Shown here: piece by piece, positions 55,917 to 64,000 of the stretch | Layout: every line of letters starts with the position of its first letter | Position numbering within the stretch: position 1 is the first letter of the stretch | DNA from: Blastocladiella emersonii ATCC 22665 | Lineage: Eukaryota > Fungi > Blastocladiomycota | Length of the DNA: 64,000 bases | Direction: 5' to 3' | NCBI GenBank assembly: GCA_025594325.1 | Contig: JANHCV010000007.1 | Location: forward strand, 806,001-870,000 | Notes under the pieces: generated by a model | What the model was told of the DNA's origin: nothing | Databases searched by the model: none | The model's input: only the letters and a program-made list of their open reading frames with translations | Program-made: the position numbers and the translations under genes

Positions 55917-58900
55917 TCAGGCCTGCGCGCCCTCCGCCGCCGCCTCGAGCGCCATACGGACGAGGCTGTCTCCTGGCCACGCCTCGATACGGCGCTCGAG
56001 CAGGCTGCACCACTCGGCGGCCGCGGTCTCGGACTCGGCCGCGAACAGGACGCGCTCGTCGCCGCGGAACTTGAGCGCGATCACGTACGCCCGGCCCTCG
56101 AGCGTGTCGTCGCCGCGCGCAATCCCGACGCACTGCCCGAGGTCGATGGCCGCCGCCGGGTTGTCCTGCGGCACCAGCCGCCAGCCGATCACCGCAATGT
56201 GCCGGCGCCGCCAGAACGGCGAGTCGCCGCCGCGCTGGAACAGGTACCCGTCGCGCACCACCGCCGACACGGCCTGCTTCACGTGCGCCACGCCCTGCTG
56301 CGCGTCCGCCAGAGTGCGCCACGGGCCCGGCGGCGTCATCGCCGGCAGGAACATGGCCGCGAGCGTGATGGCGATCGGCGCGCGCTGCGCGGGGAGCGAC
56401 ACGGACTCGGCGTACACCTGACCAGCCGCCGCACGGAGGAGCTGCGGGACGTCGACGATGTGGCGCGCGAGCGTCTCCTCCTTGATGTCCTTGACGGGCT
56501 CCTCGCGCTTGCCGAAGATGCGGCCGCCGAACAGCCCCGTCTTGGCGGGCTGCCGGCGCTCGACGCGCAGCCGCACCTCGATCACGAGCTGGTCCGCGGG
56601 CGCGACCGCGATCGCCGCCTCGTCGTGGATCGTCACCTTGTCGCTGAGCACCAGGTACGGCCGGCTCGTGAACACGGGCGCGGTGATCCCGTTGCGCTGC
56701 ACGCACACCATGGCGTGGCTCATCTGCCGCTCCGACAGCACCCAGTCGAGCCCCGCGATCTGGCCCACCTTGAACAGCAGCGTGCCCGACTCGGACACGG
56801 ACGTCGCCCGCGCGCGCGCCGGGGATGGCGGTGCCGCGGCGGCAGCCGCTGCCTGCGCCTGCTGCACCTGCTGCTGAGTCGCCGTGGACGACGCGAGCGC
56901 GCCGACCGTCGCGGCCGTCACCGGCCCGGCGTCCGCCGCCGACCACGCGGGCTCGAACGTGACCGTCTTCTTGCCGCGCGGCGACGACGGCCGCGCAAAC
57001 GACGCGCTCGTGGCGTTGGTCGCGACCGAGGCCGTGCGCGTCATAGCGAGACCGCGCGATGGCCACGCCTCGACCTCGCCCGCCGACGACGATGCGGCCG
57101 CACTCGGGGCGGGTGTTGGCAGGTCACCGGGCACCGGCGACGCGGCGCCGCCCGTCGACCGGCGCTTGATGCGCGGGATGGGGGCGCCGCCGAACCCGGT
57201 ATCCGCCTCGACGACGATCTCGCTCGCGGACCCGTGCGCCGGCATGGGCACGTGCGCGGGGAGCACCGCCATCGAGTGCAGCGACGCGTCCTCGTCCATG
57301 TCCATGTCCTCGGCGTGCGGGATCGACGACACCGACGCCATCGTGTGGTCCATGTCGATCATCGACACGGGCTCTGCGTGCGGCTTGGCGGGACTTGCGG
57401 CTGTTGGTCTCGCGGGAGGGGACCGCGGGCGCACGTTGACGGGCGACGCCGGGCGGTCCGTCAGGAACCCGTTGTCGAGCAGCTCGCCGAGACCGAGCGA
57501 CGCCTCGAGGTCGCCAAAGTCGAGCCCGCCGAGGCCCAGGTCGAGCGACGGGAGAGGCGGGAGGAGCTCCGTCGAGCTCGACGCGACGTGGTCGTGCTCG
57601 TGGTCGTCGGTCTCGGGCTCCTGCGGCTGCGGCTGCGGCGCCTCGGGCTCGGCCTGGATCTCCTCGGCGGCGACGGGCTCAGGCTCGGGGTCCACCACCT
57701 CGGCTTCTGCTGCTTGCGCTTCGACGGCCGCCGCCTCGTTCCACAGCGACGGGACGCCCTGGCACTCGACGCCCGAGTCGGCCTTGACCGCCTGCGGCTT
57801 GCTGCTGGGGCGCGCCGACCCGGACGCGTCGTGGCCCGAGTCCTGGTCGTGGTGCTGCTCCTCCACGTGCTCCTCCTCCTCTTCGACCTTCGCCTGATCG
57901 ACCACGACCGGCGCCGGCGCCGGGACCGCGGACCCAACGACCATGGATGCGGTCTCGACCTCCTTCTTGCGCACGGCGGGCGCACGCGCGCGGAGCACGG
58001 GCACGGGTTTCCCGTTGTTGGCGGCGACCGCGAACAGGTCGGCGAGCTTCTCGTTCGGGTTCTTGGGCAGGTCCGGGTTCTCGGCCGTCATGCGGGCAAA
58101 GTTGGCGCGGATCCGCGAGAAGTCGGTCGGCGCGCGGTCAATCGCCGGCTCGCCGCGCGAACCCGGGCTGTCGTCGTGCGAACGCAGCGACGAGCACGAT
58201 GGGTGGCTGCCGAGAGTTGAGGACGCGCGGCCGCCGAGCGAGCACGACGACTCGGCCGACTTGAGCTTCGACGGGCGTACCAGGCCCTCGGCATTGTCGG
58301 CGGGCCGGCGCGCCCACTCGGGGACCGACTCGGCCGGCGTGGAAGTCGTCGTGGTGGTCGGTGGCTCGGGGCTCTTGGCGAAGGCGCGCTTGGTGATCGA
58401 GTCGGACCGCGCGTGGCCGAGCGGCGTCTTGGTAATCGAGTCGGACCGGCTGTGCGTGGGCGACTTGGTCATCGACTCGGACCGGCTGTGCGTCGGCGAA
58501 TTGGTAACCGAGTCCGAGCGGCCATGACTCGTCTTGGTGGGCGACGCGACGGGGGACTTGGACGCCGGGGACGCGGTCATCTTGACGGGCGAGGCGGACG
58601 CCGACGCGAGCGGCTTGAGGACCTCGGGCACCGTGGCCGTGACGACGGGCGCCTTGACCTCGTCGGGGACCGATCGCGTGGGCCCGATCTTGACGTTGAC
58701 CTCCCACTTGGGCTTGGGCGGCGGCGGCGGGGCCTCCTTGGGCGCGGGCGGCATCCACTTCTTGCCGGTCGTCGCGGGCGCCGGCTTGGGCTTGGACGCG
58801 TCGGCCTCGAGCTTGCGGAACGGGTTGCGCGTCACGAGCGACGACGTCTTCATGCCCGCCCAGTCGGGCGCCGACTCGTCGCCGTCCTTGGCGTCACCGC

Positions 58901-60001
58901 CGAGAACCTCGTCGAAGATGTCGAGACTCACGCCGACGATCCGGCGCCGGCTCGGTGGTGCAGCAGCCCCGGTGGCGGCCGCAGAGGCCGCGGACTTGGC
59001 GCTCGCGGCCGGCACCGTGTCGCGGCGGCGCAGGCTGATCTTGGGCAGGTCGTCGATCTCGAGCTCCTCGCGCGGCTTGAGGTACTTGCCCGTGAACACG
59101 ACGGGCGTGTCGACGACCGGCGCGTTGAGCGACGAGGACGAGGTGGCGACGAGCGACGACTTGGACTCGGCGGCGGCCGCGAGCGTCGCGACCGCGGGCG
59201 TGCTCTGGATCGAGATCGAGTCGACGGACCCGGCGCGGAGCGCGGCCGGCCCACTAGCGTCGCTCGCCGACTTGGCGTGCGAGGAGGCGGCGCGGCGCAG
59301 CGGCGCAGGCGACGGCTCGTCGGACGACTCGTCCTCGTCGAGCGACGAACTGCTGGCCTGCATGTTGAGGGCGATGCGGCGCTGCGGCGACTTGGGCAGG
59401 CTGGTGGTGAACTTGCGGAACACGTCGCGGGTCAGGTCGTCGGGCGCCACGTCGATGGGCGCGAACGCTAGGTTGTTCTGCAGGTGGTGCGGCACGCCGC
59501 GGTCCAGGATCGCCTGGATCACGTCGATCTCGCCCAGGAAACTCGCCACGTGCAGCGTCGTGTTGTTCTCGCCCCACCGCAGCCGCAGCTGGTCCACGGA
59601 CGAGGCCTACACGCGGTGATTAAGGGGTGAGTGAACCTTGGTCGGACCGGGCGCGAGCGATGGACGCGTACCTCGACGAGGTACATGATGAGCTCGCGTC
59701 GCGTCTGCGAGTCGGCAGCGGCCATGGACGACGACGTGCCCGACTCGGATCCCTCCTGCGAGTCGAGGTTGAAGAGCGCGACCTGGACGCCCGTCATGCC
59801 GCGCGTGTCGGTGCCGAGCAGGGCCTCGGCGATGTCGGCAAAGTCCGGATCGTACTTGGTCTCGTCGTGCCGCTGCGCGCCGAGAAGCCCGGGCCCGCCG
59901 GATACGAGCAGCGCCTTGACTTCATCGAGGCGGCCCGCCGCGACCGCAGAGAACCATGCCTCCTCGATCGCGGCGGTTGGTGGTGGTGGAGACGATGTCA
60001 T
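55917..60001 (-). CDS. Ankyrin-repeat, Bud4/Mid2/Int1 (anillin-related) C2-like + PH domain protein
   Basis: N-terminal ANK motifs (WFSAVAAGRLDEVKALL, TTLHVASFLGEIDVIQAILDRG). The C-terminal SGTLLFKV.. beta domain and PH domain DGYLFQRGGDSPFWRRR..LFAAES..EW are of the Bud4/Mid2 type. One intron near 59610-59690. Confidence 0.72.
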
Positions 60002-60557
60002 GGGTATGGGGGTGGTGTGTGTGCGGGATGCAAGAGCGTGCAACCGCGCAAGTCTATGATAGGGTGTGGTGGTCGGTGGGCGGGAGTGCGCCGCTCGCTC
60101 GGCGAGGGGCTGACAGGTTGGCGGAGCAGGAGGGGGGAGACGCGTCGCCGTCGTGAGTGACGCGTCGCTGGCGCAGTCAGGCGGCGCGGGATGGAGAGGT
60201 CGATGCAGCCGCGATGGGGGGAGTGCCGAGAGCGCTGCGATCGTTGCTACGTGGCGAGGAGGCGGTTCGTGGGGTAAAAGACTTGCTTCGAGCCGGAGCG
60301 CGCTGCGAGACGAAGCGCGCGCGCAGCGAGGCGGGAGAGAGACGCGTCGCGCGGAAAATGTCTCCAAAGCGCGTCGGTCACGCGTCCGGCAGGTGACCCA
60401 CGACGCGTCTCGCATCGTGTCTCGCGTGTCTCGCATCTCGCACCGCCAAGTGACCCGAGTTTCGCCCGTCTCTGAGTTAGAAGTGACAAGACGTTGCGTA
60501 ATGCGCCGATATATGTGAACTGATCTTATAGTAACGAGGATACAAAAGGAGACAAAT

Positions 60558-63500
60558 CTACAGCAGCAGTCGCGACGCGGACCGCGACTCGGGTAACGGT
60601 ACCTTGGTCGGGTCCGCCGCGTCCGCCGACGTGTCCTGCAGCGACGCTACCTTGGGCACCGCCGAAGACGACCCGTCCTTGCTGGCGACCGACGGCATGC
60701 TGCTCGACCTCGACGATAGCCCGCCGTCGCCGCGCGCGTGCCCGTTGTTGAGCTGGTTCGACGAGCCCGAGACGGCGACGTAGTTGCTGCTGCCCGCGCC
60801 GTTGAGCTTGGCCGCGGACCCGTTACTCGGGAGTCGGCTCGTGGACCCGACGAGAGCACGATGCGCGAGCACGCCGGAACCCGTCGGCCTAGTCGGATGA
60901 CCAGCGAGCTCGCCCGGCTGCCGCGGCTTGGCGGCGCGCGGGTTCCCGCCCGACGTTGGCCGAGAAGTGGGAGCCGATGGCGGCAGCGGGTACTCCTCGG
61001 GCGTCTTGGCGCGGGCCGCGGACGGCGCGTAGTTGAGGACCGCGAGCGAGCCCATAGATCCCGCGACCGACGCGGGCAGCGGGTATGTGGCCGGATCGAC
61101 GTCGGCTGGCGCAGCGGGCTCGGCCTCGTGCTCCGAAGCTGCGTCGTCCTCCGGAACGTACGCGGCACGGAGACGCGACGGGCCTCGGGGCGCCGCGGGA
61201 GCCGCCGCGCGCGAGTCGTTCAGCTGGACCGTCGACCCGGCGACCGAGTCGGGCAGCGGGACCATGGTCGCGTCGACCGAATCAGAGCGCTCAGACGCGA
61301 GCGCGGTCCGGCTCCCGCCAACGCCAGCGCGAGAACCGTGCACCGAAGACGAGCGAAGTCCAGTCGACGCGGCGCTACTGTCGGCAAACTCGTTGGCGTC
61401 GTCGTAGTAGCTCTCGGGATCGACGACGGCGGGCTTGACCGACCCGAGTGACTGCGACTTGGCGCGGGTCGAGAGCAGCGTCGTCGAAGCCGCGACCGAC
61501 GCCGGTAGCGGGAACATGGCGGGGTCGAACGTATCGTCGTCGGCCGCAAATTCCTCATCGTCGTAGAGGGTCTCTGGCTTGGTCGGTACAGGAGCTGGTG
61601 CGGCCGCGGGCTGAGCGGCGGTCTCGTTGAGCAGGTTCATGGAGCCGGCGACCGATGGCGGCAGCGGGATCAGGCTCGGGTACAGCGCGCCGCCGGCCTC
61701 ACGAGCTTCGCTACCGGTGCTTGCGGTCGCCGCAGCTGCCTCGCTCGGTGCGGGAGCCTGCGTCGCGGGCACGGGTGCTGGAGCAGGTTCAGCGAGAAGC
61801 GCCCTCGATCCGGCGACCGACGCCGGCAGCGGGAGCTGACACGGGTCGACCTCCTCCTCGGCCGCCGCCGCGTCGCTGGCCTCGAACCCGTCGTCGTCGT
61901 AAGCCGACGCCTCCTGGGCGACCGCCTGCTCGAGCGCAGCTGGCGCTGCATCTGCTGGCGCGGCTGCCGGCTCGACAATGTGCTCCGACGCGGTCGGGAT
62001 CGGCGCTTCAGGCGCGTGCTCCGGAGCGGGCTGATGCGGCTGCGAGTCGGCGGCGACCACGGCAGCGGTGACCACAGCGGCTGCTGCTACGGCGACCAGG
62101 GCCGAGGCGACGGCAAAGTCGGCGGCGGGTTGAGGCTCCTGCTCGGCCTTGGGCTCGGCCGGCGCTGTAGCCTGCTGCGCGACGGGCACGGGTTGCGGGG
62201 TGGACTCTTCGACGACGGCGGCGACGGGCTGCTGGTCCTGCGCCGCTTCGGCCGGGACAGGTGCGGCGGGCTCCTCGGCAGCGACTGGAGCCGGCACGTC
62301 GGCGGGTGCCGAGGCCTGCTCGGCTGGCACCGGACTTGGTTCGGTGGCCGTGGCGAGGGCGTTGGTTGACGCGGCCCGCTCGGCGAGCGCCGGCTCCGAC
62401 TTGGCGACGGCCACCGCCTGCTCCTGGAGCGCAGCGTCGGCGGCGAGAGCCGGCGCGGGCTGCGTCTCGGCCTTCTGCGCTGCAGGCTCCTGCTTCTGCT
62501 CGGCCACCGACTCTTGCGGCGCCGCCTTAGCCGGCTCAGCGAGCGCCTCGATCGACTTGGCCTTAGACGCCGAGTGATGAAGGGCCGACGAGGAGCCGAG
62601 CGCGGCCTTGGACGACGACTTGGAGCGGTTGAGCTGCTCGTTGCTCCGGGTGTGCAGGATCTTGGTGATGGCCGCCGGCACGTCGCCGCCGAGCGCCGCG
62701 ATCTGGTTGACGAGGACGCGCTCGGACGCCGTCAGCTTGTCGTACCCGTCGCACGTCGACGGGTCGACGGGTGCGGCGCGAGGGGCGGGCTCCTCGTGCT
62801 TCGGCGCGAGTGCAGGGGTCGGTTCGGGTCTATGGTAGCGAGGATGGTCAGCTCGAGTAATGGTGCGTGCCCACAAAGATAAGGCGTACCGAGACACCGG
62901 CGGGTCCGCGAGCTGCATCATGACCTGGTACTTGAACACGACGAGGTCCTGCTGTACGTGCGGCAGTCCCGTTGCGTACTTGAACACCATGTCAGCGGCC
63001 GCATCGCGGTCCGCGGCGTCGTGAAGCAGGTGCGCCGACCGGGCACGAAGCAGCGCTGCCTCGGCCAGCACAGCGCGTAGGGGCTGGCAGTCGGCGAGCA
63101 CGGCCGGCGGGTGCGACGACTCAATCTTGCGGCACAGCTCCGACGCGGCGCCGTGGGCCTGCGCGGCGTTGTTGCCGTCGAGGAGCGCCGGCGTCGCCTG
63201 CTCGAGGGCCTCGCGGTATCGCTGGATTCTACACTCAGAGTTTGACACGGTCAGATTCGCTCGAGCCGAAGGGAATAGTCACGAGCTCGTACTCATCAGC
63301 TGTCGGAGCAGGCACGGGCTGCGCAGGCGGCGGCGCTGCAAACGCTTCGCGTGGCACTGGTTCATGAACGGGAGCTGGCTCAGCCGCAGCGACCGGCGGC
63401 GTAGCCGGCTTCTCGATGGGCTGGACCCGCCGCGACGCCGACCCTGGCCGGGCCGAGTGCGGTTTCTCGTGGTGCACCGGCTCGGCCGGCTGCTGCTGCT

Positions 63501-64000
63501 GCTGGGCCGCGGCGGCGAGCTGAGCCGAAGACCCCGAGTCGAAATCGTCGGCGTAGTTGGCGTCCTCGGCCTCCTTTTCCTGCTGCTCCGGGATCGCCGG
63601 CGGCGACGCGGGCCGCGCGGCGGCGCCATCGTGACCGAGGTACCGCGTCGGCATGCCTGTCGGTACAATCCGGCGCGGCAGCGACTTGACGGGCGGGAGC
63701 AGCGAGCGCGTGTAATTGTCGACGATGACCGTGGCGCGGTCCGCGGTCCGGCCACGCGGCGGGCCCTGCGGCGGCATCGGCGAGGTCCCGCTCGCCTGGC
63801 GCACGACCACCTCGACCTCGCGGTCCAGGTCGCGCTGCTGCGCCTCGACCTCGAGCTGCATGTTGCGCTCGGCGCGGTCCATGGCCAGCTGCATGTACTG
63901 GAACTCGCGCTCGTCGACAATGTACCCGTCCTCGTCGATCTACACGGCCGCAGTGGTGAGTGATGATGGCCCGACTCAGGTGCAGCGACGCGACGTACGA
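60558..64000 (-). CDS. Large uncharacterised protein with helical domain and seven PLPxS repeats, 5' partial
   Basis: ORFs 63235..63894 and 60558..63248 join in frame via a GTACGA..TCTGAC..TAG intron. A further GTACGT donor at the window edge shows the gene extends beyond 64000. Confidence 0.75.
60570..61860 (-). repeat. Dispersed protein repeat D-P-x-x-x-P-L-P-x-S-V-A-G-S (7 copies)
   Basis: DPCQLPLPASVAGS, YPSLIPLPPSVAGS, DPAMFPLPASVAAS, DATMVPLPDSVAGS, DPATYPLPASVAGS, TPEEYPLPPSAPTS and DPTKVPLPESRSAS. Confidence 0.85.

Noticed and set aside
60060-60070. TAGGGTGTG as the start of another hAT TIR
   Set aside because: No matching inverted end or TSD was found nearby.
1-64000. tRNA, rRNA, snRNA, CRISPR or telomeric arrays
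   Set aside because: No T-loop/cloverleaf, conserved rRNA/snRNA motifs or regularly spaced repeats were recognised by eye. tRNAscan-SE and Infernal would be needed to exclude small ncRNAs.

Overview
This is gene-dense, very GC-rich eukaryotic genomic DNA with short spliceosomal introns (GTRCGY...GCTGAC...YAG, about 50-100 nt). Fungal hallmark genes (LYS9, MHR1/mL67, TOS4-like, Bud4-like) occur together with flagellar genes (SPAG6/PF16, MYCBPAP, TMEM107), which points to a zoosporic fungus, plausibly Blastocladiomycota (inference only). About 28 protein-coding loci can be supported. Notable observations: (1) a 1195-bp hAT-type non-autonomous transposon (44022-45216) with 19-bp TIRs and a perfect 8-bp TSD, inserted upstream of LYS9; (2) a large orphan protein with seven D-P-x-x-x-P-L-P-x-S-V-A-G-S-type repeats; (3) a tandem orphan membrane-protein pair sharing an NLTDEQI..IENRG.TS.IRE.W motif; (4) two ciliary genes head-to-head on a 174-bp spacer with an X-box-like motif; (5) a PlsB/GPAT-type acyltransferase ending in a PTS1-like PKL; (6) an Mrd1 lacking one RRM; (7) a CDK1/2 with PSTSLRE; (8) a 7TM protein with a prion-like N/G tail; (9) a roughly 5-kb lower-GC accessory island of orphan ORFs. 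No rRNA, tRNA or CRISPR array was recognised. All family calls come from motif recall, not database searches.
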